A DNA stretch of 64,000 nucleotides, from assembly GCA_025201805.1 (NCBI GenBank), contig MU619318.1, positions 1 through 64,000 on the forward strand, given 5' to 3'. This stretch comes from Parasitella parasitica NRRL 2501 (lineage: Eukaryota > Fungi > Mucoromycota). Below the pieces are notes generated by a model. It worked only from the letters and a program-made list of their open reading frames with translations. It did not search any database and had not been told where the DNA came from. Numbering within the stretch: position 1 is the stretch's first letter; every line of letters begins with the position of its first letter. Made by a program: the position numbers and the translations under genes. Of this stretch, positions 52,074 through 64,000 are shown one piece after another.

Positions 52074-52878
52074 ATGAGTACCTTCGAAAAGGTAAAGAAA
52101 AACACATAGTAATGTTTTAGGTTCATGCATAGACTAATATAAAATTACTATTGAAAAAAAAAAAGACCGTTATTATTGATGGCAAAGGTCATTTGCTCGG
52201 ACGTCTTGCTTCCATCATCTCCAAGCAAGCTCTCAATGGTCAAAAGGTTGTTGTCGTCAGATGTGAAGCCTTGAACGTTTCTGGTGAATTCTTCCGTAAC
52301 AAGTGTATGTTGTAGATGTGATGTATTTTGAGGAAGAGGGATGATTGTGTGCGCTTTTGATTCGAGATTTTGAAAAGGAAATTGATTTGAATTGGAAGCT
52401 AATCAAAATGTTGATTTTTATTACAGTGAAGTACCATGCTTACCTCAACAAGCGTTGCCTCGTTAACCCCACTCGTGGTCCTTTCCATTTCCGTGCTCCT
52501 TCTCGTATTTTGTACAAGGCTATTCGTGGTATGGTTCCCCACAAGACTGCCCGTGGTGCTGCTGCTTTAGACCGCATTAAGCTTTTCGAAGGTGTCCCCG
52601 CTCCTTATGACCGTACAAAGCGTATGGTCATCCCTGCTGCTCTGCGTGTTCTTCGTCTTAAGCCCGGACGCAAGTACACCACCATTGGCCGTATCTCTCA
52701 CGAAGTTGGATGGAAGTACCAAGATGTCGTTGCCAAGCTCGAAGAGAAGCGCAAGGCCAAATCTGCTGCTTACTATCAATGTAAGAAGGCTAAAGCTGCC
52801 GTCCAAAAGAAGGCTGTCGAGTCCAAGGCTGATGCCATCAAGGATGTCAATGCTTCCATTGCTGCCCTCGGTTACTAA
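52074..52878 (+). CDS. RPL16: 60S ribosomal protein uL13 (yeast L16 / mammalian L13a), 2 introns
   Basis: MSTFEK|[65 protein letters not shown]; strong codon bias. Confidence 0.97.
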
Positions 52879-53011
52879 ATTTTCTTAAATTATCAATTGA
52901 TTGAAGTTGGAGAAGAAAAATCATTTAAAATAAAAAAAAATAATAATAAAATGTTTGGAGTGTTTGTATTGTTTCTTTTTGTATACTTTGATCTGATTTT
53001 TATCTTTTGCA

Positions 53012-55237
53012 TTATGAAGAGGGTCTTATTTTTTGCTTGACTTTGTTTAATTGATTATCTACTTCGCCCAGCATTTCTTCCAATTGATCTTTTCGTCTTC
53101 TGGACATGGCAATCTTCTTGCTGAAATCCTGAGATCGTTTTTTAGCCAATGACATTTGGTGATTCTCTTGATCTTCAAATTTCAAAAGCTCGTACTGCAG
53201 TTTTAATTGATGGTGGCTCCTATTGCTGTGATATGAGCCTTTTGACGAAATAGATAGCAAATCATCATCTAGCAGCTCATTATTATTACAAGGCAATGGT
53301 GAAGGAGGATTTGTTGAAGCGATATTCTGATCTGGATGATAGCCAGTTTGTAACAGCAGATATTTACCATCCCCTTTTGTTGCTATTGGTTCTGTCATTA
53401 TAAAACTACGCAAGTATAATATCATGTAAATGCGCATGATGTACAGCTGGGTAAATACTCAATATAATTACCTCTTTCGATGTTCAGCATCATCCAAAGA
53501 ATCTTTAATCCCTCCTCCTCCTTCTGCCTTTAGCATTTGCTCCATTGTTTTTCGAAGAACTTGAATTTGCCTTTGAGCTTGCTTCAATTCAGTCTTGAGC
53601 ATATTAATTTCGTCATTTTTACACTGTAAATTATTATAGTAGGTAAACTGTTCTTCCGTTGACTGTTGTTGCAAGTCCTAATATGAAACACAAAGACGTA
53701 TCAGCACGCTTGTGAAATCTTGTTTCTGTATATATTATACTTGTAATTCAGTATGTAATCGAAATAGTTCCTCCCCTGAAAAGTCCCGCGAGCCGGAAGT
53801 TGATGTACAAGAAGCTCTATTGCATATAGTATACATGCTTAGTCTATACATGCAAGACTAGGAGTTGTCAAGCCTACTACCTTGATTCCAAGTCTTTGAT
53901 AGTCTGTTTTAAACGATGGTTTTGATTCTGTAGATATCATTTAAAAATTATAATTCATGACCAAAGCTAGGTAGTACCTTTTCCTCCTCATAACTACGTT
54001 TATATTCATCTTTTTCTTCAGTAACTTCGTCCACCAAGGTACAGAAATAGTCTAAATCTTTGGAAATAGCTAAATTATCAAGTTGAGTAAAGTTTGTCAC
54101 TGAGAAATTAGCATACACGGTACCATCTTTTTGCCCTTGTAATGCCCTGACTGAAGCCCTTTCTCGTTCCAGTTCATCTTTCAGCGTTTCCAAGATAAAG
54201 CTATCTCCGCATTGATCTTTTACTGCATCTACCTCTGCTGCTTTTGCCGCTGCTGGTGCCATCGATTTCTTTCGCTTTTCTGCCAGACTAGTCTTATGTC
54301 GATTACCACGTCTTTCAAGAGTAGCTGTACTTCCATTAGATGAAGTCCTTGTAAGAGTAGACTTAGATTCCTCGTCATCATCATATCCGCTACTGCTGTT
54401 TGTAACAGAAGGTAGAGGCGGAGGCATTTTCGGAAGGCTTTTTTTCTTATTTATAGTGGATAATTGATGAAGCGACGAATTACTATCACTCCTGGCAAGT
54501 AGTTTGGATTGTGAGATACCAGGAGATGGTTGGCGCAATCTACTGCTATTATTAGGCTTGATATTGCTACCATTTTGTTCGATGCTAGGCTTGGTTCCAA
54601 CAGACGTGGTTGTAGATGTAGATGCGAGAGACTGGTTACTTTTGGTCTTATTTAGTCGAGGAGGAGATATTTGTCTGGTACTGTTGCTATTGTTGGAAAT
54701 ATCTATACATGATTGTTTTCTTGTAGGCAATGCAGATGTAGATGTAGGCAGTTTTGTTGCTGAACCAATGATTGATGGCATTTTCCGAATATTAGGCTGC
54801 TGTTGTTGAGATTCTATAAAAATATGTATTTGTGCGCGTATAAAACTCAATTACGGCACTTTATGCATTGTATTCATACAAACTTACCAGGAATCATGCT
54901 TTCGCTTAGCTTAATGCCTTTAGTTGAAGGAGTTAATGAGTTTTCTATGCAGTTGTTAATCATCCATTAGTTGACAATGCCTTTGTATCACCTTCATGGA
55001 AATCACATGAATTTGGATATAAAATAATATCGTACCTGGATCAATTCGTTTCAGTGGTTTCATATAGGAGCTTCTCCTTAATTGTTTTTCTGTATTGTGT
55101 TGCTGCTGCTGTTGTTGTTGCTGCAATTGATGTAATGAAGCTGAGCTTGCTCTATGTCGTAGTGAAATATTGCTACTATTGTTTTTGGTAATATGTGTAG
55201 GACAAGCAGTTAATAGGGAGAATTTTGTTGAAAACAT
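53012..55237 (-). CDS. Uncharacterised S/Q-rich coiled-coil protein, ~7 introns
   Basis: ORFs 54956-55237, 53948-54850, 53468-53674, 53012-53437 and small exons splice in frame. Heptad segments ILETLKDELERERASVRALQGQK and EINMLKTELKQAQRQIQVLRK. Start codon uncertain. Confidence 0.7.
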
Positions 55238-55719
55238 AATACTTTAATTTACCTGAAACGTTTTACTTGTTTTCCACTATTAATAGTATTGTTATTGTTA
55301 ATGATCGCCTCAACGTTGCTATCCACCTGCTGATGGCAAAAGGAATTTGAATGACGAAGGAAATTACCATCTTGACTCTGGTTATCTGGAAAAGTGAAAT
55401 GATGAATTCAAATGTGGGATCTTTTTCATTATACATTCGTACCTGAGTTTACGGTGAAAGAGGATGTTGACTTATGTTGCTTTCCTATTCCTAATTTTTG
55501 CCAAAATCGTGGAGAGGAAGCCATGCTAAGTTATAGCAATTTAATTTGATATAAGTTGTGTATATGGAAAAAGAGAGAAGAAGAAACAAAAAGTGATAAA
55601 AGAGCTAATCTATGTGATTTAATAAAATAAAGCAGGGCAGCAAAAACTATAGTGCAGCAGGAGTCGATTGGATGTTGGATTCACGGTGTTTTAACACATA
55701 AAGATCTACTCTGTTCCCT

Positions 55720-57839
55720 TTATAACTTCGAGAGTAGGCGACCATGATTGATCCTCCATTTTAATCCAATCAAAATCAAAACACCTAAGATATACCCGGA
55801 TCCAGTGAAAAGTTTATACGTTAAATAGGGCTCCTGATGATGTTTTGTAGTAAAATAAGCTTCCAGGACGCCAGCGAGATTAGGACCAAACATAGCTACC
55901 ACGGTAACTAGCAAAAACATCGAATATCCTGATTCAAATTTATCCATTCCTGTTATGATAGCGGTTGTTGATGGCCCTAATGTCACGAATGCACCTCCAA
56001 AAAACCCAAAAATTGAAGCAAAGAAGACAAGAGAAATAAAGCTGTAGGCAAATGTCCAAATTAGAAAAGCACTGCAACCAGCCAAAAATCCGGTAATAAT
56101 CACAGTATTGATGTGGCCAATATAATCTGCTATGATTCTACAGTATTTCGTTTGATATATTTAATATTCTAATGTATATGTTTGTATGGTATGTTTCTTT
56201 GTTTCCCTCCTTTTTTATTAACCGCATTGATCTGGTTCCTGAATTTTTTTTTAACCCCTTAACATGAAGAACTTACCCTGCAAAAATCCTCCCAACGGCG
56301 TTGCATGAAGCAGTAATAGAAATCAAGGATGATCCCTTTGTATCCTTCAACCCTAGTGATGTTGCATATGCTATAAAAGTATTAGTTGTGGAAACATCTT
56401 CACTTCTAGGATCCACTTACATGGCAAAAAAAAAAAAGGTGTGTAGTAACTCAACTCGATCAAAATATCTGCCAAGCACCACAGGATAAAGTTTACATCT
56501 TTAAGTACATCAAATTGAATTATTCCGAATGGAGAGGCTATTATCTCTTTATATCTAGGTTTGTTGGCTTTCGCAGCTGATTTGATTGCAGTAGAAGAGG
56601 GTCCAACCTCCTCATCATTAGCCGTACTGATCTTGTCTTTGAACAGAAAGCCTGATATTAAATAAAATAAACCTGTGATGCCTCCCAGAACCCGAAAACA
56701 GCTGTCAAGATGGTTGGTATGTATATATTATGCGAATGTTTTTTACCATCACGTACGTACTGACACCAAATCGTCGATTGATAGGCGTAATAATCAAAGG
56801 CATTATAAGGCTACCGACGCACGATCCACTTGTTGCAATGCCTAATGCTACACCGCCTTTTTTATGAGAAAACCATTGCTGTACACAACTCATCCCGATC
56901 TACATGTATGAACATCATGAGTTTGTGCATTGCCGAGCAATTTTCATAAAAACACACGCACGCCGACTCACATAAAAGATAATAGAGCCACCTGATCCAA
57001 ACAATATACCTTGAGTCAACTGTAGTTGCCACATCTACAATAGTATAACGGTTTGGTTGGCATTGTATGCAATAGTTACATCATATTACTACCGTTGTAG
57101 TAAGGCTCGAAAGCTCCAATCCAACCACACTTAGGATTGTTGCCAAGATGACACATTGTTTTATACCAATTAATGAAACTAGTATCTGAACAAATGGACT
57201 AAACACATTTAGTGCGAAATTGCCCAATGTACCCACTAGGCTTAGTTTGATAATTGCTGAAGTCTCTTGCCCATATACGTGTTGCTCGTAATAATCTTGC
57301 ATCACACCTTACATAAATATTCGCATTTGCGTTAATAATGATCGTATTCTATCAGAGATCAGAGCACTTGATTTTTTTTTCTTTACCCCTATGCGAATAA
57401 AAACATGACAACGACTAAGTTCCATGGGCATTTCTTTGAATAAGACAACCTTACCAACTCATTATTATCCCTAATCCGACCACTTGCGAAAGAAAGGCAG
57501 CTAAAACCACAAACCAGCCGCGCATGTTTGATTCTTTAGGTACAAACTCTGTTTATATAGACAATTTTTAATTCATGTGCTTTACATATAGGACTTTCGT
57601 GAGTATTACGACTTGCCTAAATCGTTATTTATTGTAGAAGCATTCGATATACTGGATACAGAAGGCAGCCTTGTTACTTTTTCTTCGGCTTCATTGAGAC
57701 TTGAGCCATATTTTTGAGTGGATACATCTGTCAAATTCGAGATATGGGAAACATGGTCAAGTATGGGTTGATGGGTGAAACAAAAGGCTTTCTGCTGTTC
57801 TGAGAAACTTTCTGTTGAGTCTGCTTTGATATTAGCCAT
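55720..57839 (-). CDS. MFS transporter, monocarboxylate porter (MCT/MCH-like); 8 introns including a GC-AG intron and a 2-nt microexon
   Basis: GWFVVLAAF..GIIMSWGVMQDYY, LTQGILFGSGGS, QQWFSHKKGGVALGIATSGSCVG, NAVGRIFAGIIADYIG, FGFFGGAF. Confidence 0.9.
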
Positions 57840-58889
57840 TTCTGTCAAGAGAGAAAAAAATCTACATCAATATTGAAGCAAACATGCCGATTATATACAA
57901 AAAACATAACCAAGTTATGCGTTATGCCATATATTACACATGATTCATTTTTCATTTGATGTATTATATGTCTATTGGACTTTAGGGAGGGGTAACGATA
58001 GTAAAAATGAACACATTTGGGAAGAAATTTTCGCTATTTTTGTAATGATACTGAATGACTTCTTTTAGGTTACATTCTATTGATCTATATATAAACATAT
58101 GCCTTATCGCATGCCTCTACTTGATGATGGCAACCACTTTCGCCTATATAAACGGCTCATTTTTTCAATAGAAATGGTCAACAGTTTGTACGTATGAGGT
58201 TCAACCGAAATACGGATACAGCAAAATAGATCCAAGACAAATTTTCTTTCCATCGTGTTTGAAACTATCTGCTTTATTATTTGTTTCTGATTTCATATCG
58301 TTACTTGTAATGTTATATTGGATTAGATGGCTAGAAGCAGAAGATAAAATTATCAATCATTTTTATACGATTTTTTCTCGCTTTTTCCATTAGCAAAGAA
58401 CTGTTATGCATAGTTGGCCAGAAAATACAGGCATCAGAGTTTTGATCAGATTTTTTTTCAATCGAACTTGAGCACAATGTCTTTGCTGTAACATTTTTGT
58501 TTTTATTTTGGAGTCATGTTGAAATATTAAAAAACTAAAGATGAGTAAAATCAGCAACTGGGAATAATTTGCCTAGCACCATATTTAATACTTCGAATAT
58601 TGGTCGTATCGAATAGTTTACGCTCTAAGCATACCTTCATTTTATCGTAATAGTAATGTAATGTGTGCATGTGCTGGGTCAGTCTGGTAACGAAATAGAC
58701 CCAATATTACGGTAATAATGTACCTTAAAAGGAAATCTATGAACCTCGTCTAGTTTTCCCTTTGCCATCAGCGACATTGAATATTGAAAATCGGGTACTA
58801 CCACCATTGATCATCCACATTATTATACGAATAAGTAGTATGATATGGTATAAGCATGTAAATGTAAGCGTTTATTAGAGTGTCGTGTA

Positions 58890-60040
58890 TCAGGAATCGT
58901 CTTGTTCTGTATCATCTTCTGACAGATCAACCGTCGCTATTGATGATTTTCTAGCATTTCTCTTGTTTGCTCTTTCTTTTCGAATGGGTATTTTAATTCC
59001 TTGTCGGGCAAAGCATTTTGAAAGTGGAGTAGATTCTAGATTGTGATATTTTTAAATTTTACTCCCTCTCTTCTTTTTATATTATTAAAAGGAACTTACG
59101 AACAACTCCAGGATATTTTTTGGCTGTGTAGACCACGAAAGGATCTGTTTCTATTTCTGCTAAAACCTTAGAGACTGTAGTAGTATTTACTCTATGCGAT
59201 TCAGGTCTAAATCAAGAAGAAAGGACGCGCGAAAAATATTGTGTGTACTGTGTAAGACAATTCTAAGTTTGTATTTTTTCATTCACTTACGACCCGATAT
59301 CTACCAGAGAGAATTTCAATCGGAATACACCTTCAGTTCTCAGGCTAATGTCTTGAAATATGAAAAATATGCCCAGATTCCCATCGAGATCATACAACTT
59401 TTTAGCAGAGGCAACTGAGGCACCTACTAAATTTCTTACTTTAACAGCTGTGTAATGATCTTTTCCTGGTTCTTGAGACACACTATTTGGAAAACTGACA
59501 ATTTGAGTTGAAAACTTGTCTATTGTATTTGACATTATCGTAGTATTTTCTACTTTTGACGATGATGGAGATGCAGAATTGTCTATCATATCTGATAATT
59601 GACGTGGATCACACATGCTAACCAAAAATGAGATATCAAATGTTCTATCGAACAAATACAAAATTAGCACCTAAGTTTTCGATGGGTTTCTAGAAGGAGT
59701 TCATGGAAGAAAACTTACTCTGGATTGACGACCTGTCCATTCTTGGTTACTGTTAACTTTAATATTGGTGGTGGTGATATAGGTCTTCTATCTTTATCTC
59801 CAAACCCACACATTCTGGCTCTTGAAGGCTGTTGCACAATGTCCAATCTATATTCGCTGGCAGAATCTGTTACGACGAAAGAAAAATCGTCTTCTTTCTT
59901 TCAAAATACCTGTAGTTGTTTCTGGAAGGATGAAGTAAATCTTGTGGCATGGCTAAGCTATCTTGGGTACTATTATTATCTCGTATTACCGGCGTAAAAT
60001 CGGATGATGATGATACAATTGTATCGCAGTAATAATTTCT

Positions 60041-60084
<44 letters not shown>

Positions 60085-60560
60085 GCGTGATCAACATGGA
60101 AGCCCCCAAATTGTCTATGAAAGAAGAAGGAACAGGAGGGGAAGGCACATATTGTTCGCTTGTCCATGGTTCATCTTGTTGATTTCTTTTTGATGCCATT
60201 GATAAAAGCTCGTTGAAAACATCTTGCTCTTGTCTCACTGGTATGGCTGGAGCAGATTGTTGTTGTGAAAGAAATCCTTGCAAGTTCAAGTCAAGCATAG
60301 GGTTGTTGCTATTGCCCATCATTTGGAGATACTGCTGATAGATGTATTCATCATTCTCGGGTGTGCTAGGTGCTGCATTATCCACGCGTTTATGTTGCAA
60401 TGGATGAGTCGTGCTAATAGAAGAAGAATGTATCCCACGAGCTTGCATATACATAGTTGGGTCACTTGTAAGGCTCGGACAAGGTCCCAATGTCGCAGAA
60501 CTAGCAACATTCTCTATCATACCGGTTGCATCATTTTGAAAGAATGGAGCATAGTTGTTT

Positions 60561-60592
<32 letters not shown>

Positions 60593-60706
60593 ATAATGAT
60601 GATTAGCCTGCTGATCTTGTATTTGTTGATTGAATTCTGTTGATGATGCCTCTTGTACAAGTTGCTGACTGATGCGATCATTTTTTGATTGATTTTCTCT
60701 ATCCAT
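58890..60706 (-). CDS. Velvet-domain regulator (VelB/VosA-like) with a Q-rich N-terminus, 4 introns
   Basis: YRLDIVQQPSRARMCGFGDKDRRPISPPPILKL, RNLVGASVASAKKLYD..GIFFIFQDISLRTEGVFRLKFSL, PFVVYTAKKYPGV, STPLSKCFARQGIKIPIRK. Confidence 0.93.
60040..60084. repeat. (CAA)n coding trinucleotide repeat (polyQ in the velvet protein)
   Basis: ~14-15 TTG units on the + strand. Confidence 0.9.
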
Positions 60707-63089
60707 GATTTTTGGTGTGTCTCTGTAAAGAATTGTTTCAGTCGAATCGGTAATTAGGCTACTTCTGTTTTCTGTTATTTCAGGTTAAAAATGTGTATAT
60801 CTAGTCTATTAATTTTTTTATACTATATTCAGTATACATGCAGTGCGAAAATATACAGATTCTGCAGATTTCTAGTAGAAATGTTACTTTTTTTTAAAAA
60901 GTACAGAAAAGTACAATTTTAACTAATTAGGCTGGTAAGTTTTAGAAAAGAGAATTACAATATTTGAGAAAATAGGTTTTGATTCTATTGAAAGGAATAG
61001 GAATGCTTAAGGAAGAAGAAAAAGAGAAAGGGGAAGAGAGTAAAGAAATTAAATAGGGCAGCAAAAGCTGTGCTACTGAGTGTCTAAAAGATTAACAACT
61101 CCAACTTACCAATAGTCCAAATCAGTCCAGACGTTATATCGACTAGTATACTATAGAGAGCCTCACTACTTTAATGGTTCTATCTTGTATCAAATAATCT
61201 CGATTCAAATCGTGGTTATTTTGATTAAAGACTATAACCTTTCAACCTGCCATGTTGTACATAGCAAGATCAATGCCGTTTGAAATGAACCTTCCAAAGC
61301 CTAAATCGTCCCTTCAACAAATTTGGTTATAGCCAAGAACATTCTCATGCATTCTTCTGTTTCATAGAAAAGAGAAATAAATTTCTAACAAAAAAACACT
61401 TTTAAAATCTTCATCAGTACATTGGCAAGAAAGTTATGAGTGGAGTGCTATAAATATAAATAAGGTTGTTTTCTATTGTCTGTATGTCATCATCATTCTC
61501 AATGGCACTAAAAAATGCTTAAATTTTGAAGCATGTGTGATACAATACAGCCTTTGTGTATAGATACATACCACTTACTATGGGAAAAGCAGTCTGTCAT
61601 ATTTTATCAGAGAACAACATGCATTAACTGTGCTCAAGCTTCTTAATCAACATTCTGTAACCTTTTCATCGCCAAATTACAATCTTCATAGATCACCAAG
61701 CATTTTGATCAGTTACACATCGGGATCTGGTACCAAGCTGTTGGTTCTACTTCCCAGAACGACCAGTTTGTTTGTTAATAATAATAATGGGCCCTGCTTG
61801 TTTATGATACTATGACTAGAAATACGCATGTATTGAAAGGGCATCCAACACGCACAACGCCTAGTAATAAACAACAAGTGAGATCTTGTTTAGAATTCAC
61901 AGATCTAGAATTGAAAATATTATCAACTCATGATCATTATTTTGCGTCGACAGCCATCCAGTAGTCTAGTATATTGTGGTGATAGAGAACGACAAACGTT
62001 TCGTATTTTGTGGAACTCAACAGGGAGCTTCGTTTTTGGTCATTTCCATTAATTTACTTCTTGTTTTGTTCCGGGCACCCTTCGTTTCTATTCAAATCTA
62101 GCAAAGTACTCACGATCAATTGTGCCGCTTGTAAAAGTAAAGCGAAAATCTATACTATATCAAACTGAGTAACACAATAGATGTTATAGATGAGTTTTGT
62201 TTCCTGCAACTAGACCAGAGAAAGCATTCGGATATTACTGCTTAAAGTAATATTTGTAAACAATTTGAGTCGAATCGGGCATCTGATGATGACAAGATTT
62301 GTGTTGTATACTCCTTTTTTTATCTTCATTGATAGAAAATTGTAGAGCAAACATTGCATACCTTTTGAAAGTTTTAACACTAAATTAATTCTATTAATAT
62401 TGATTGTCAGTAAAATGATAGATAACATTTTCTTGGCAGCTTTTTCAAGGTAGCTAGACTTCAAATGTATATCGAGGATGTTCGTTTATCTGCGGGTGTT
62501 GGAATTAAAGAAATGAATTGCTACGAAAGAAGAAAAAAACAAATGAAGCTTGTTTACAGTATTCGAATAGTAGGATGTATTGTAAGTCTAACTGCGTCCA
62601 GAAGCAAATGAGTGATGCTCGTACATAGTAAATACATCATATACTGGTACCATATACAATAGTTGTCCTCAACACATTCAGTTTTGCCTTGAAAAGTTTA
62701 ATAAAAAGACGTGACAAAGAACTATTTAGTAGTGATACAATTCAAATACGCTTTCCCTAAATATTTCATGAGTATGATATATTATATGTGTAATCTTGAT
62801 ATCATATTTCTTCATATCTTATAACAAATATGTAAATGTGTTAGAAAGATATTCTCATGCTATAATAATGGGGGGGTTTTTTTTTTTTCATTAATTGGCT
62901 GCGGAATTATTCATGTAATCGGCCAAGTGTTGGAAGTACTTAAAAAATCTGCTTTACAACTTGGAAATACCAATCTTACTGCTACATCTCCACGGTCTGA
63001 CCAAGTCATTAACCTTCGCCTTCGGTAAGTTTGGCTTTTACAGCTCGTGCTGCCGCAGGACTTTGTTCGAAGCTGATGATTTATTATTG

Positions 63090-64000
63090 AGCGGGGATTC
63101 AAGCAGAAGGTTATATTACCAAGTATAATCAGATTATGGTCAAAGGAAATGGCTCTAAATATCAGCATTGTCGACTATGAAATGATAAATACACAATAAA
63201 AAATTCACGGCTGTTCTGGTAGGTATCCATAATTATTATTGATGGTTTGTTTTACTTTCAATCTTCGTATAAATCACAACTAAGTATATTATTATTGGAT
63301 TCAAATCAGTAAACAAAGCAGAATCATGTGGGTTTGATAATTCAATAGTAGCTTGCTTGCTGCATAACACATTCGAAATTCGAGTCTTGACATACTGGAG
63401 CTAACCTCTATCCTACAGGGACGTGACATTAGTAAGATCTGAAACAGTAGGCTGATTCACACTTGTATTGGTCAAGTTCATCATGCCGCTAAAACCGTGC
63501 GTGTTCTTCTAGCATTGTCCTGTCTTTCACAGGAACGGCAATTTTTTATCCGTAGAATACAGCAGGTTACCATTATTTTATATCCGTCGTCATGGAAACC
63601 GTTCGTGGATCGGATCTAATGCCTAATGTTATAAAATACAAAGGTTAACATTACTTTACATCCGTTGTCATTTCAACCATTGTTCTAGCCACTGTTCTTG
63701 CATTGAATCTAACGTTATAATTTTGTTTGACAACTGAATGTCAAAAATGATCTGATTGTACTCATAAACCGATTCATGTAGATTTAACCTATATAAGTAG
63801 ACAACTTCTTACTAATAAAATTATTAGTTTTATCTTTGGTGTTATTAATTTTCCAATTTTATTATCATATACAGTCGTCTGCTTTGCTTACTTCAAGACC
63901 TGGCACAACATATATGACACAAAAAGCATTATTCGAAAAAAGTAAAAAATCTGATGAAGTATTTAATAAAATGACTTCAAAAAAAATCGTAGAACAGGTA
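63090..64000 (+). mobile_element. Dispersed repeat copy C (diverged; runs off window end)
   Basis: 63550-63619 matches rc 41234-41302. 63715-63910 matches rc ~40848-41063 (ttataat.ttgtttgacaa.t.aatgtcaaa.atg.tctgattgta ... cctggcacaaca). Weaker match of ~63097-63170 to rc ~41915-42003. Confidence 0.65.
63914..64000 (+). CDS. Probable first exon of the gene carried by repeat copy C (incomplete)
   Basis: TATA-like ctatataag at ~63789. ATG 63914 reads MTQKALFEKSKKSDEVFNKMTSKKIVEQ, open to a CAG|gta donor-like end at the window edge. Confidence 0.4.
   Translation, partial: MTQKALFEKSKKSDEVFNKMTSKKIVEQV

Noticed and set aside
52305-52426. Intronic snoRNA in RPL16 intron 2
   Set aside because: No CTGA D box or intact C box
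55399-55446. Box C/D snoRNA (ATGATGA...CTGA)
   Set aside because: Only ~48 nt, no convincing terminal stem or recognisable rRNA guide, and it lies in a promoter region
55480-55530. U5 snRNA (contains CGTGGAGAGGAA and an AATTTTTG Sm-like site)
   Set aside because: The invariant loop I GCCTTTTAC is absent and the Sm-like site is on the wrong side; probably chance
447-63550. Giant (Starship-like) mobile insertion bounded by repeat fragments
   Set aside because: Content is core housekeeping genes, no tyrosine-recombinase captain is present, and copy C has its own upstream similarity to copy B

Overview
Intron-rich, AT-rich fungal DNA. Short introns (~50-80 nt), gene content and codon style point to Mucorales (Mucor/Parasitella-like; inference). 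About 20 spliced genes were rebuilt by hand: VPS13, an ARID-less SWI1-like polyQ gene, COG1, two divergent GPI-type chitin deacetylases flanking an HMG-box factor, RTG2-like Ppx/GppA, threonine aldolase, a PQ-loop transporter, a GT2-like protein, a centrin-like EF-hand protein, STS1/Cut8 (cut by an assembly gap), a PAS-like/GATA factor, RSM27, RPL16, a coiled-coil gene, an MCT-type MFS transporter and a velvet factor. Four signals are missing from the ORF track: (1) a 2-nt microexon needed to keep the MFS gene in frame; (2) a two-exon 60-aa secreted 4-Cys peptide beside a chitin deacetylase; (3) an unclassified dispersed element present three times (window start, 39.8-42.9 kb, window end) that carries a promoter and a Crinkler/REase-like gene remnant; (4) three GC-AG introns. 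A decayed Tc1/IS630 transposase and two 40-N gaps are also present. All homology calls come from motif recognition by eye, not from database searches.
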